Below the pieces are notes generated by a model. The model saw only the letters and a list, made by a program, of their open reading frames with translations, had not been told where the DNA came from and did not search any database. Of a stretch of DNA of 64,000 nt, positions 1-10,600 are shown one piece after another. The stretch covers positions 96,001 to 160,000 of the forward strand of contig CAVYBH010000017.1 in NCBI GenBank assembly GCA_963766715.1. Direction: 5' to 3'. Within the stretch, counting starts at the first letter, position 1. Every line of letters starts with the position of its first letter. The position numbers and the translations under genes are program-made. This DNA is from an uncultured delta proteobacterium (GTDB taxonomy: Bacteria > Myxococcota > Myxococcia > Myxococcales > Anaeromyxobacteraceae).

Positions 1-248
1 GCCACCACGTACGGGTCGGAGCTCATCGCCTCCTCGACCAGCTCGCGGGCGGCATCCACGCCGCGGAGCGTCTCGAGCAGGTAGAGGTCGCGCTGGGACA
101 CGACTCCCTTCAGGTGGCCGTCGTCGACCACCGGCAGGTGCCGGACTCCCCTCTCCCTCATCGTCTGGTGCGCCTCGGCCAGCGTGTGCCGGCTCGTGAT
201 CACGTGCGGGCCCACCGTCATGAAGCGCCGGATCGCGTAGCGGGGCAT
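1..248 (-). CDS. CBS-domain protein (runs off the window start)
   Basis: Hand translation MPRYAIRRFMTVGPHVITSRHTLAEAHQTMRERGVRHLPVVDDGHLKGVVSQRDL is a typical CBS repeat; GGAGG SD upstream. Not in the ORF track. Confidence 0.85.
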   Translation of the reverse strand, partial: MPRYAIRRFMTVGPHVITSRHTLAEAHQTMRERGVRHLPVVDDGHLKGVVSQRDLYLLETLRGVDAARELVEEAMSSDPYVV

Positions 249-333
249 CGGTTCCTCCGTTGGCTTCGAGCACAGACTAACTCCGGAACGCGCGGTTGTC
301 TCGGACCTCCGGCTGGGTTAGCTTCCGCGCACC

Positions 334-1941
334 ATGGAGAAGATCTGGGTCAAGGACATCAAGGAAGGCGAGCGGGTCAAGGCGATCTTCGCGGTCGCCC
401 GGAAGGCCGTTCCCACCGCCAAGAGCGGCAAGAGCTACCTGGCCGCCACGCTGGTGGACCGCACGGGTGAGATCGAGGCCCGCTCGTTCGACCGGGTGGA
501 GGAGCTGTCGCCGCTCTTCGACGAGAAGGACCTCGTCGAGGTCGAGGGCACCATCGGCACCTTCCAGGGGAAGCCCCAGCTCCGCTTCGAGTCCGTGGCG
601 CGGGTGGATCCGGCGACCGCCGGCGTCGACGCGACCGACTTCCTCTGGGCTCCTCCGCCCGAGCCCCGCAAGCCCGAGAAGGCCCCCGCCGAGGAGACCC
701 CGGACGCGAACTGGACCGAGCTGCTCGGCCTCGTCGAGGCGATCACCGACGTCCACGTGAAGGACCTGATCAAGGCCTTCCTGGCGGACGACGAGCTCGT
801 GGCGCGCCTGCGTCGCGCGCCAGCCGCGAAGAGCGTGCACCACGCCTACGCGGGCGGCCTGCTCGAGCACACGGTGAGCTGCATCAAGCTCTCGCACCGG
901 ATCGCCGATCAGTACCCCCAGCTCGACCGCGACCTGCTCGTCGCCGGCGCCTTCTTCCACGACCTGGGCAAGATCCGCGAGCTCTCCTACGAGCGGAACG
1001 TCGAGTACACCGACGAGGGGCGCCTGGTCGGCCACCTGGTCATGGCGGCGCAGTGGATCCACGACAAGGCCCGGCGCGTCGGCGTGCCGCGCGAGCTCGA
1101 GCAGCACGTCGTCCACATCGTCCTCTCGCACCACGGCAAGCTCGAGTACGGGTCGCCGAAGACGCCCACCACGCTGGAGGCGCTCGTCACGCACTTCATC
1201 GACGACCTCGACAGCCGGATCAACTCCTGGGTCGGCCTGATGGGGCGCGAGGGCGGCAACCGCCGCTGGACCGACGCGCAGAACATCTACGGCCACCACA
1301 TCTGGCGCGGCACGCTGCCCACGGCGCAGGTCGAGAAGAAGTCTCCGCCGCCCGAGCTGCTGACCCCGGTGATCTACGTCCCGCGCCCGGCGCAGCCGGG
1401 ACAGCCTCCTCGCAAGCCGCAGGAGAAGAAGGCGAAGCCGGCTCGCCCGCCCCGGCCGGAGAGGACCGAGCCGCGTCCGGCCGCCGATGCCGGTGCGCCC
1501 CCCTCCGCTGCGCCCGCGGAGGGCGCCGCTCCCCGGCCCGAGCGCTCGGAGGCCCCGCCCCGCGCGGATCGCCCCCAGCGCCCCGACCGGCCGGCCGACC
1601 GCGGTCCTCGCGGTCCCGGTGGCCACGGTGGACCGGGCGGCCCCGGCGGCCCCGGCAATCGCAAGCCGAGGTACACGGGTCCTCGCCTGCCGGGCGACAG
1701 GGGCCCGAGCGCGCGCCCCGACAAGCCGAAGAGCCTGACCCACAACCCGTTCGCCGCGCTGGCGGCCAAGGTGGAGGCCGGAAGGTCGGAGTCCGCTCCC
1801 GAGGCCCCCGCGGTCGCCGCCGAGCCGGAGAGCGCACCGCCCGCTCCTCCGCCCGAGCCCACCCCGGTCCAGCCGGAGACCCCGGCTCCCGAGCAGGCCC
1901 AGGACGCCTCCGCCCCCCCGAGCGGCGAGCCGAATCCCTGA
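334..1941 (+). CDS. YhaM/Cbf1-family 3'-5' exoribonuclease (OB fold + HD domain) with a long Pro/Arg/Gly-rich C-terminal tail
   Basis: N-terminal OB fold (LVDRTGEIEAR); HD motifs PAAKSVHHAYAGGLLEH, HDLGK, SHHGKLEYGSP, DDLDS; low complexity after about aa 335. Confidence 0.85.
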   Translation: MEKIWVKDIKEGERVKAIFAVARKAVPTAKSGKSYLAATLVDRTGEIEARSFDRVEELSPLFDEKDLVEVEGTIGTFQGKPQLRFESVARVDPATAGVDATDFLWAPPPEPRKPEKAPAEETPDANWTELLGLVEAITDVHVKDLIKAFLADDELVARLRRAPAAKSVHHAYAGGLLEHTVSCIKLSHRIADQYPQLDRDLLVAGAFFHDLGKIRELSYERNVEYTDEGRLVGHLVMAAQWIHDKARRVGVPRELEQHVVHIVLSHHGKLEYGSPKTPTTLEALVTHFIDDLDSRINSWVGLMGREGGNRRWTDAQNIYGHHIWRGTLPTAQVEKKSPPPELLTPVIYVPRPAQPGQPPRKPQEKKAKPARPPRPERTEPRPAADAGAPPSAAPAEGAAPRPERSEAPPRADRPQRPDRPADRGPRGPGGHGGPGGPGGPGNRKPRYTGPRLPGDRGPSARPDKPKSLTHNPFAALAAKVEAGRSESAPEAPAVAAEPESAPPAPPPEPTPVQPETPAPEQAQDASAPPSGEPNP

Positions 1942-1944
1942 CCC

Positions 1945-2667
1945 GTGGTCCCGTTCGGCCGCACCGCCGCGATCTTCGACGTCGACGACTCCCTGCTCGA
2001 CGGCAACGCGGGCACGATCTTCTCCTGGTACCTCTACAGCGAGAAGATCATGCTCCCGGAGATCCGGTCCCGCATCCCGAGGCTGGTCTACGAGTTCGCC
2101 CGCCGGCGGCTCACCGAGCGGGACATGGTCGAGCTGGGGTCGCGCTGCCAGGCCGGGCTCTGGGTCGACGACATCCGCGCGCACGCCCAGGACTGCTTCG
2201 AGCGGCACCTCAAGAAGCGCATCACGGCGGGCGCGGTGCGGCAGATCCGCAAGCACCTGCTCTCCGGCCACTACGTGCTCATCGCCTCCGGATCGCCCCA
2301 GTACATCGTGGACGAGGTGGCCCGCCACCTGCGGGTCCACGGGGCGATCGGCACGCGGACGCGAGCGGTCGACGGCAAGGCGACCCCCGACATCCTTCCG
2401 CCCATCGTGTTCCAGGACGGCAAGCGGGAAGCGGTCTCGCGTGCCCTGGAGCAGCAGGGGCTCGAGCTCGGACGCAGCTGGCTCTACTCCGACTCGTCGG
2501 CCGACGTGCCGCTCTTCGAGGCGGTGGGCCACCCCGTCGTGGTGAACCCCAAGGACGCCTTCCGCGCCGTCGCCGAGCAGCGGGGCTGGCCGGTGGTCCG
2601 CTGGAAGGAACGGAACCAGGAGGCCCAGGCCGACCTGGCGAGCGAGTGGTCGAGCTGGAACGGCTGA
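1945..2667 (+). CDS. HAD-IB family hydrolase (SerB-like)
   Basis: Motifs FDVDDSL, IASGS, GKREA, YSDSSADVPLFEAVGHPVVVNP. Confidence 0.85.
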   Translation: MVPFGRTAAIFDVDDSLLDGNAGTIFSWYLYSEKIMLPEIRSRIPRLVYEFARRRLTERDMVELGSRCQAGLWVDDIRAHAQDCFERHLKKRITAGAVRQIRKHLLSGHYVLIASGSPQYIVDEVARHLRVHGAIGTRTRAVDGKATPDILPPIVFQDGKREAVSRALEQQGLELGRSWLYSDSSADVPLFEAVGHPVVVNPKDAFRAVAEQRGWPVVRWKERNQEAQADLASEWSSWNG

Positions 2668-2682
2668 GCTTCGCGCCGCCCC

Positions 2683-3459
2683 TCACTTCAGGTTGAAGAG
2701 GCGCACCACGTTGGCCGTGGTGGCGGTGGCGACCTCGTCCGGCGTCGCGCCCCACAGCTCGGCCACCCGGGACGCCACGTGGACCACGTGGGCCGGCTCG
2801 TTCCTCTTCCCGCGGAAGGGCACCGGCGCGAGGAAGGGGCTGTCCGTCTCCACGAGCAGCCGGTCGCGCGGGACGCGGCGCACGGCGTCGCGGATGGCCT
2901 CCGCGGTCTTGAAGGTGACGATCCCGGCCACCGAGATGTACAGGCCGAGGTCGAGGTAGGTGCGGGCCGCCGCCCAGTCGCCCGTGAAGCAGTGGATGAC
3001 GCCGCCCGCGCCGGGGAGCCCCTCCTCGCGGAGGATGGCCGCGCAGTCCGGGTCGGCCTCGCGCACGTGGACGACCAGCGGCTTCCCGACGGCCCTCGCG
3101 ATCCGGATCGAGCGCCGGAAGCTCTCCCGCTGCACGTCCCGGGGCGAGAGGTCGTAGTGGTAGTCGAGCCCGGTCTCCCCCACCGCCACCACGGCGGGGT
3201 CGGCGGCCAGGCGCGCGCTCTCCTCCCAGTCGGCCTCCGGGACCCGGGCGCACTCGTGGGGGTGGATGCCCACGGTCGCCGCGAACACCTCCGGACGGGA
3301 CCGGGCGAGCGAGAGCGCGTTGCCGAAATCCCCCGGAGCTCGCCAGAGCCCGACCGCGACGATGCGCCCCACGCCGGCGGCGAGCGCGCGCTCGACCACG
3401 CCATCCACCTCGCCCGGGAAGTCCTCGAGGTCGAGGTGCGCGTGCGAGTCGACGAGCAT
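2683..3459 (-). CDS. tatD: TatD-family deoxyribonuclease
   Basis: MLVDSHAHLD, GIHPH, VGETGLDY, VIHCFTG, LLVETDSPFLAP...GKRNEP; coupled to the metG stop. Confidence 0.93.
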   Translation of the reverse strand: MLVDSHAHLDLEDFPGEVDGVVERALAAGVGRIVAVGLWRAPGDFGNALSLARSRPEVFAATVGIHPHECARVPEADWEESARLAADPAVVAVGETGLDYHYDLSPRDVQRESFRRSIRIARAVGKPLVVHVREADPDCAAILREEGLPGAGGVIHCFTGDWAAARTYLDLGLYISVAGIVTFKTAEAIRDAVRRVPRDRLLVETDSPFLAPVPFRGKRNEPAHVVHVASRVAELWGATPDEVATATTANVVRLFNLK

Positions 3460-5522
3460 CACTTGACGCGGGTTCCGGGCGGCACGCCGTCGTCGACCAG
3501 GACCACCCGAGGCGGGTCGCCGGCGGCGAGCAGCATGCCCTGGGAGGTGATGCCCCGGAGCGCACGCGGCTCGAGGTTCGCGACCACGACGATGCGGCGG
3601 CCGACCAGGACCTCCGGAGCCGGGTACGAGGCGGCGATCCCGGCCACGATGGTGCGCGGCGCGGGCTCGCCGACGTCGACCTCGATCTGGAGGAGCTTGT
3701 CCGCCTTGGGGACGCGCACGGCCGCGCGGACGAGCGCCACCTTGAGCTCCACCTTGGCGAAGTCGTCGAAGCCGATGATCCCGGGCGCGGCGGCCGGCTT
3801 GGCCGTCACCTTGGAGGCGGTCTCGGCCGGGCTGGCCGCCTGGGAGACCCGCGGGGGCTCGGCCGCCGGCGCGGCGACGAGCTTCGCGACCTGCTTGGCG
3901 TCGAGCCTCGCCACCTGGGGGGGCTTCGCCCGGGCGACGACCGGGGGACCGACGAACGGGTCGAAGTCGGGCGACCAGGCGCCCGGCCGCGACTGGCCGA
4001 ACGCGGCCGCCAGGTCGTCGGCGAAGACCGGCATCACCGGCCAGAGGAGGACGGCGATGGCGCGCAGCGCCCGCGCGCAGGAGAGGAGCAGCCGCTGCGA
4101 CGCCGGGGAGGTCGGCGCCTCCCAGGGCTTGGCCGTCTGGAGCTGCTTGTTGCACAGGTCGGCCACCTGGTTCACGAGCCGCACCACCTCGCGGAACTCG
4201 AGCGCCTGGTAGGCCGCGCGGCCGAGCCGGAGCGCCTCGCGCGCGGCGTTCGCGATCCCCTCGTCGGGCTCCCCGGTCACCTCCCCGCCGGCGCGCTCGA
4301 CGAGCGCGAAGACCCGGGACGCCAGGTTGGCGACGTTGTTGGCCAGGTCGGCGTTGATGCGATTGCGGAACTCGTCGAGGGACAGGTCGAGGTCGGTGAC
4401 GCCCGGACCCAGGTTGGCCGCGTAGTAGTAGCGGAGCAGCTGGGGATCGAGCCCGCTGTCGAGGTAGGTGCGGGCGGTGACGAACGTGCCGCGCGACTTC
4501 GACATCTTCTCGCCGTTCACGGTGAGGTGACCGTGCACGGCCAGGCGGTGGGGGAGCTTCAGGCCCGCGGCGCCCAGCATGGCGGGCCAGAACACGGCGT
4601 GGAACCGGAGGATGTCCTTGCCGATGAAGTGCTCGAGCCCCGTGGGGGACCCCGGAGCCAGGTAGGTCGCCTCGAAGAGCTCCGGCGTGAGCCGCGAGCC
4701 GGCCGGCGCCTCGGCGGCGAAGAAGTGCTCGGCCGACGAGAGATAGCCGATGGGCGCGTCGAGCCAGACGTAGATGAACTTCCCCGGGAACTCGGGATCG
4801 TTCACGGGGAACCCGAAGTACGGCGCGTCCCGCGTGATGCACCAGTCCTGGAGGTCGTCGAGCCAGCCCTTCACCTGCTCGCGGACCGCCGCGTCGAGGT
4901 GACCCTCCCCTTCCACCCAGCTCCGGATGGCCGGCTCGACCTTGCGCAGGTTCACGTAGGCGTGGTCGCTCGCGCGGACCACCGGCGCGGTGCCGCACAG
5001 CGCACAGCGCGGGTCCTTCAGCTCCCGGGGATCGTAGGTGGTCCCGCACTTCTCGCAGACGTCGCCGTACTGGTCCGGGGTGCCGCACTTCGGGCAGGTC
5101 CCCTTCACGAAGCGGTCGGGCAGGAAGCGGGAGTCCTTCTGGCAGAAGAGCTGCTCGACCGACTTCTTGTAGATGAGCCCCTTCTGCTTCAGCGCGTCCC
5201 AGATCCGCCACGCCCACTTCCGGTTCTCCTCGGAGTCGGTCGTGTAGTAGGTGCTGAAGTCGACGCCGAAGCGCTGGAAGTCGGCGTGCTGCTCCTGGCG
5301 GTAGCGCTCGACGAACTCCCGCGGGCTGACGCCGGCCTTGGCCGCGTTCACCTCGATGGGGGTTCCGTGGGAGTCGGCGGCGCACACGTAGGTCACGTCG
5401 TCGCCGAGCGAGCGGCGGTAGCGGACGTAGACGTCGGTCTGGATGTACTCGACGAGGTGGCCCAGGTGGATCGAGCCGTTGGCGTACGGCAGGGCGCTCG
5501 TCACGAGAAGCTTCTGGCTCAA
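3459..5522 (-). CDS. metG: Methionine--tRNA ligase with C-terminal tRNA-binding domain
   Basis: TSALPYANGSIHLGH (HIGH), KMSKS, Zn knuckles, C-terminal VANLEPRALRGITSQGMLLAA; TTG start after a GGAGAGGAG SD. Confidence 0.95.
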   Translation of the reverse strand: MSQKLLVTSALPYANGSIHLGHLVEYIQTDVYVRYRRSLGDDVTYVCAADSHGTPIEVNAAKAGVSPREFVERYRQEQHADFQRFGVDFSTYYTTDSEENRKWAWRIWDALKQKGLIYKKSVEQLFCQKDSRFLPDRFVKGTCPKCGTPDQYGDVCEKCGTTYDPRELKDPRCALCGTAPVVRASDHAYVNLRKVEPAIRSWVEGEGHLDAAVREQVKGWLDDLQDWCITRDAPYFGFPVNDPEFPGKFIYVWLDAPIGYLSSAEHFFAAEAPAGSRLTPELFEATYLAPGSPTGLEHFIGKDILRFHAVFWPAMLGAAGLKLPHRLAVHGHLTVNGEKMSKSRGTFVTARTYLDSGLDPQLLRYYYAANLGPGVTDLDLSLDEFRNRINADLANNVANLASRVFALVERAGGEVTGEPDEGIANAAREALRLGRAAYQALEFREVVRLVNQVADLCNKQLQTAKPWEAPTSPASQRLLLSCARALRAIAVLLWPVMPVFADDLAAAFGQSRPGAWSPDFDPFVGPPVVARAKPPQVARLDAKQVAKLVAAPAAEPPRVSQAASPAETASKVTAKPAAAPGIIGFDDFAKVELKVALVRAAVRVPKADKLLQIEVDVGEPAPRTIVAGIAASYPAPEVLVGRRIVVVANLEPRALRGITSQGMLLAAGDPPRVVLVDDGVPPGTRVK

Positions 5523-6892
5523 GCGGTTCTCCTCTCCCGATCCGGGTCGCGGAGCAGCCCGACGAGACATCGCTCGACGAGGACCGCGCCGTCGGATCCG
5601 GTCTTCATGGAATGGTCGGCCTCGGCCAGGGAGGCGAGGCCATCGAGCAGCTCGGCGCGCGTGAACCGCGCGGCCGCCTGGTACTTCATCCAGAGGCCGT
5701 AGGGCTTCCGCTCCCCCAGCTCCTCCGGGTCGATGGTGGGGAGCACGCTGGCGCTCCAGTCGCCGAAGGAGGCGATCCGCTTGCCCCCCGAGGCCAGCCG
5801 GCCGCGCTCCTGCTCGACCAGCATCCGGCGGATCGTCCCGGCGAGCGACCCCACCAGCATGTGGGGACTGGCCCCGTCGGCGAAGCTGCGGCGCAGGACG
5901 CCGAGCGCCCCGGCGAGGTCGCGGGCCTCCACGGCGTTGCCGAGCGCGAAGAACGGGTCGGAGGCGGTGCGCACCACCACCGCGTCCACGTCGGCCGCCC
6001 GGATCTCCTTGCGGTCCCCGACGAAGGCCGCCAGCTTCGCCACCTCGGCGGCCAGCGCGCGGGCGTCCGTGCCGACCAGGGCCGCGAGCCGGTCCTCGGC
6101 GCCGCGGTCCACCGACTTTCCGGTCCCGGCGAGCATCTCCTCGATGAGCGGCCCGAGCACGGGTCGCTGCGCGTCCCAGCTCCCCTCGCTCTTCACCGCG
6201 AGCGTGATGCGGCATCCCGCCGACGCCAGCCGCTTCACCACCGGCAGCCGCCCGTCCACCTTCCCGGCGGCCACCACGAGCACGTACCCGGGAGGCAGGC
6301 CGCGCTCGAGGAGCGCGTCGAGGGCGGCCACGTCGTCCTTCGCCGCCTGGAGGTTCTTCTCCCCCGCGTAGCGCCCGGCGTCGCGCAGGAACGCCCCGTC
6401 CTCCGGGCGGAGGCCGTCGTCGGGCTGGAGCTTCCGCTCCCACTCCTCGATCGGGGGCGGCGACTCGCCGCAGAGGTCGGAGGTGGACCAGCCGAACCGG
6501 GCCGCCAGCGCCACCAGCCTGCGCGCGGCCTCCCGTTGCCGGCCCTCGCGCCACATGTCGCTCGCCCTCGCGAAGGCGCCGGCCAGGTCCTCCTTCGACT
6601 GGAGGAAGGCCGGTTCCGCCACGACGACGACCTTCCCGCCGCCGAAGAGTCCTCCGGTGGCGAGCTCGGCGGCCACCTCGGCCGGGCTGGCCGCCGCGTC
6701 GAGCTCCACCAGGTTGAGCGACCGCTGCGCCTCGGGCACGAGCGCCTCCGCGATGCTCCGGCCCGCCCGCTGGGTGAGGAACGGATCGCCGTCGAGCAGG
6801 TAGACCGGCGACGGCTTCCCCTCCCGGATCGCCGCGAGCGCGCCCTCCAGGTCGAGCGCCGGCTCCTTCTTGCGCGCCGGAGCCCTAGCCAT
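5519..6892 (-). CDS. holA: DNA polymerase III subunit delta (long form)
   Basis: PVYLLDGDPFL, GLFGGGKVVVV, LAAEVAKLAAFVG, FALGNAV, ADHSMKTG; coupled to holB. Confidence 0.8.
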   Translation of the reverse strand: MARAPARKKEPALDLEGALAAIREGKPSPVYLLDGDPFLTQRAGRSIAEALVPEAQRSLNLVELDAAASPAEVAAELATGGLFGGGKVVVVAEPAFLQSKEDLAGAFARASDMWREGRQREAARRLVALAARFGWSTSDLCGESPPPIEEWERKLQPDDGLRPEDGAFLRDAGRYAGEKNLQAAKDDVAALDALLERGLPPGYVLVVAAGKVDGRLPVVKRLASAGCRITLAVKSEGSWDAQRPVLGPLIEEMLAGTGKSVDRGAEDRLAALVGTDARALAAEVAKLAAFVGDRKEIRAADVDAVVVRTASDPFFALGNAVEARDLAGALGVLRRSFADGASPHMLVGSLAGTIRRMLVEQERGRLASGGKRIASFGDWSASVLPTIDPEELGERKPYGLWMKYQAAARFTRAELLDGLASLAEADHSMKTGSDGAVLVERCLVGLLRDPDRERRTA

Positions 6893-7907
6893 GGTGGAAC
6901 CACCCGATGAGCATGTGCTCGAGGGCCAGCGGCGCGCTGGCGTTGTGGCGGAGCGCGGCGATGGCCCGCCGGACCGACTCGATCCGGCGCAGCGCCGCCT
7001 CGGGCCCCAGCCTCGCCGCGGCGGCGGTGGCGTCCTCGAGATCGGCGAGCGCGAGCGGCGTGGCCTCCCCACCGGCGGCCCGCACCAGCACGTCCCGGAG
7101 CCACACCAGCAGGAGCTCGCAGAGCTCCCGGGCCTGCTCCCGCTTCTCCCCCCGGCGCTTCGCGAAGGCGATCCAGGCGCGGGCGTCGTCGGGAAGCCCG
7201 GCCGCCTCCTCGACCGCGGCGCGCCGCTCCCCGATGGTCTCGTCGTCGAGCGTGAGCGCCTTCCCCATCGAGCCGGCGGCGAGCGTGGTGGCCAGTCGGG
7301 CGAGGTCCGGCGCGCGACCCGCGGCCACGAGCCTCTCCTCCACCGCGGCGGCGGGCAGCGGTGCGAACGGGAGGCGCAGGCAGCGGGAGCGGACCGTGGG
7401 CAGGAGGCCGTCGGCCGACGAGGAGACGAGCACCAGGGTCGTCTCGGGCGGCGGCTCCTCGAGCGTCTTCAGGAGGGCGTTCTGGGACTGCGGATTCATC
7501 GCGTCGGCCGGGTCGAGGAGGACGAATCGCCGCCGGCCCTCGAAGCGGCGCAGCGAGAGGCGCCGATCGACGAGCTCCCGGATCTGATCGACCACGATGT
7601 CCCGCGACGGCGTGCGCCCGCCCTTGGGCTCCCATCGCCCCGCCCGGGCCATGTCCCGCTCCCGCTCCACCACCAGGACGTCGGGGTGGACGCCCCGGGC
7701 GATCTTGCGGCAGGAGGGGCAGGCGCCGCAGGCGTCGCCGTCGGCGCGCTCGCAGTTGGCGGCCTGGGCGAGGAGCCGGGCCACGGTACCCTTCCCCACC
7801 CCCTCCGGACCGGCGAACAGGTAGGCGTGGTGCAGCGCGCCGCGGCGAAGCGCAGCGCGCAGGGCATCGACGGCCCGTTCCTGGCCGATGATCTCCGCGA
7901 AGGGCAT
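6885..7907 (-). CDS. holB: DNA polymerase III subunit delta'
   Basis: HAYLFAGPEGVGK, CGACPSC, HPDV, QNALLKTLEEPP, LLPTVRSRC. Confidence 0.93.
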   Translation of the reverse strand: MPFAEIIGQERAVDALRAALRRGALHHAYLFAGPEGVGKGTVARLLAQAANCERADGDACGACPSCRKIARGVHPDVLVVERERDMARAGRWEPKGGRTPSRDIVVDQIRELVDRRLSLRRFEGRRRFVLLDPADAMNPQSQNALLKTLEEPPPETTLVLVSSSADGLLPTVRSRCLRLPFAPLPAAAVEERLVAAGRAPDLARLATTLAAGSMGKALTLDDETIGERRAAVEEAAGLPDDARAWIAFAKRRGEKREQARELCELLLVWLRDVLVRAAGGEATPLALADLEDATAAAARLGPEAALRRIESVRRAIAALRHNASAPLALEHMLIGWFHHG

Positions 7908-7975
7908 GGGGCGCGGGAAAGATAACACGGAGGCGGCCCCGGCGCGGCCGTCCCGCAGCGCCGGCCGACCGCCCC

Positions 7976-10454
7976 CTACGCCCCCCGGCCGGCCAGCCTC
8001 GCCACCGCCTCCGCCAGTTCCCGGGGGTCGACGGGCTTGGCCAGGAAGGCCTGGAACCCCGCCCCGAGGGCCCGGGCCCGGTCGCCCTCCTGCGTGTAGG
8101 CGGTCAGCGCGGCCGCCGGCACCTGGCCACCCCGGGAGGGGTCGAGGGAGCGGACGCGACGGATGAGCGAGATGCCGTCCTCCCCCGGCATGCCGATGTC
8201 GGAGAGCAGCACGTCCGGCGGCTCGCCCGAGAGGGCCTGGAACGCGTCCGACGCCGACGCGGCGGTGGAGACCCGGGCGCCGGCCTGCTCGAGGAGGTGA
8301 CGGAGCGCCTCGAGCGTGTCCACGTCGTCGTCCACGACCAGCACGTGGACGTCCCGAAGGTCGGCCATGGCCCCCGCACCGGTCGCGGCCCGGGGCCCCG
8401 GGCGCTCGGCGGGGCGGGACTCGTGCCGGGGCGCCTCGATGGGCAGCGGCAGGTCCACGGTGAAGCAGGCTCCCCGGTTCCGGCCCGGGCTGGAGGCGGC
8501 CACGCTCCCGCCGTGGGCCTCGACGAGGTGGCGCACGATGGCGAGCCCGATGCCCAGCCCGCCGTGCGCCCGGGTCGGGCTCGAATCGCCCTGCCGGAAG
8601 CGCTCGAAGACGTGGGGGAGGAACCCGGACTCGATGCCGGGCCCGTCGTCCTCGACCTCCAGCCGGACGCGGTCCGGAAGGCGACGGAGCCGCACCTCGA
8701 CCCGGCCGCCCGGCTGGGTGAACTTGATGGCGTTGGCCAGCAGGTTCCAGGTCACCTGCTGCAGGCGGGACGGGTCGCCGCGCACCGAGCCCGCGCCCTC
8801 CGCCAGGTGGAGCTCGAGGTGGATCCCCTTGGCGGTGGCGGCGGGGCGAACCGTCTCGACCGCGGCCTCCACCGCCGCGGCCAGGTCCATCTCCCGGATG
8901 TCGAGCTTGAGTCGACCCCGGACGATCCGGGCCACGTCGAGGAGGTCGTCGACAATCTGCGCCTGGGTCATCGCGCTCCGCTCGATGGCCTCCATCGCCC
9001 GGGTCGTGGCGGCCTCGTCGAGCCTCCCGGTGCGCAGCAGGCGGGCCCAGCCCAGCACGGCGTTGAGCGGCGTGCGCAGCTCGTGCGAGACGGTGGCGAT
9101 GAACTCGTCCTTGGCCCGGCTGGCCCGCTCCGCCTCGGCGCGGGCCTCCTGCTCCCGGGCGAGCAGCGCGGCGCGCTCCGCCTCCGCACGGCGGGCCTCG
9201 GTCCGGTCCCCGAAGACCAGCGCGACGCCCTGGGGGCTGCCGCCCTCCGCCCGGATGGGCGCGACCAATCCCTCGATCGGGTACTCGACGCCGGACCGGG
9301 CGAGGAGCGTGACGCCGGGCCCCAGCGGCACCGGGCCGCCGCGGGTCATCGCCACCGCGACCGGGTCCGGAATGGGCTGCCGGGACCCGTCCACCGCGCG
9401 GAAGACGTCGTCCAGCAGGCGCCCGGCCGCCTCCGGGCCGGCGCCGGTGAGCTTCTCCGCCACGGCGTTCAGCAGGGTCACCCTGCCGTCCACGTCGGTG
9501 GCGATGACCGCGTCGCCAATCGACGCCAGCGTGGTCCGGAGCCACTCCCGCTGCTTCCGCTCGGTCTCCTGGGCGCGGAGGCGATCCCCCTCCATGTCGC
9601 CCAGCGCGAGCGCGTTCCAGTAGACGACGGCCGCCGCCACCACCACCGCGCTCACCACCACGAAGGACGCGCCGAGGAGCGCCTCGTACTTCCCGGCGCG
9701 CAGTCCGACGACGAGGAAGAGCCACCCCAGCGCGATGGGAACCACGAAGACCGCTCCGATGAGCCGGCGCGCCATGAACCCCGCCAGCCCGGGACCGGTG
9801 AAGACCCTCATCAGGCCGGCCTGCGGGCGGTCGAAGAGCAGCGCGGTGACGAGGAGGAGGAAGGCGATCCCGGCGTAGAACGGCACCCGCGTGTTGGCGG
9901 CCAGCCCTTCCATCGGCTCGACGCCGTAGGCGAATCCGATGATGGCCTGCAGGGGAACGAGCGCGGCGGCCAGGGCCAGGAGCTGGGCGGGCCGGGTGCC
10001 GGCCCGGGTCTCGAAGTCGTGGACGGAGCAGCGCCACCCCGATGAAGAGGAAGGCCAGCGCGCTGTTGGGCGCCATCCGGCCCGGGTGGATCTCGCCCGA
10101 TCCCCCGCGCTCGTGGACCAGGAGCTGGTCAATCCCGAGGTCGATGGCGAGGACGTACTCGACGAGCGTGAAGAAGCCGACCGCCGCCACCACCGCCCCG
10201 GCGATCTTGGCCACCAGGCGCGCCCGGGGGCCGGATCGGCGGGAGGCGAGCGTCCGGGCCGCCAGCCCGGCCGCCAGGAACCCCAGCGCGGAGTTGGCCT
10301 TGACGCTCAGTGACCCGGGAAGGCCCGAGCGCAGGAGCGGCAGGTCGATCGCCCAGCCGATGAGCACCGCGACGCCGAGGAAGGCGGTGGCCTCGGCGGC
10401 CGCGCGGGCCAGCATCTCGAGGTTTCGGGGAAGACGCCGGGAGTCGACGGACAT
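7976..10454 (-). CDS. Membrane hybrid sensor histidine kinase (multi-TM, PAS, HisKA, HATPase, REC); one frameshift near 10025
   Basis: H-box VSHELRTPLN, NLLANAIKFT, GGLGIGL, receiver VLVVDDD...LLSDIGMP...KP; the N-terminal TM part is in another frame and joins after removing one C. Confidence 0.88.
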
Positions 10455-10600
10455 GGGGGCGGCGAGCGGGAACGCGTCCGGCTCGACGCCATCGTGGCTC
10501 CCTCCCCCCCGGAGCGCAAGCGCAGCGGGCGGGCGCGAGCCACCTGGCTCGCGAGTGGACCCCGGCGGGGCCCGTGCTACCCTTCCGGGCGGAGGACGCC

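Noticed and set aside
6885..10454. Apparent giant fusions in the ORF track (kinase-holB, uvrB-uvrC, serA-hisZ, tgl-HTH-recO, gspE-GNAT, plsB frame into CoA-transferase)
   Set aside because: Produced by frameshift run-through or shadow frames; each partner has its own start and stop once frames are repaired. IspD-IspF is the exception, with an in-frame junction.
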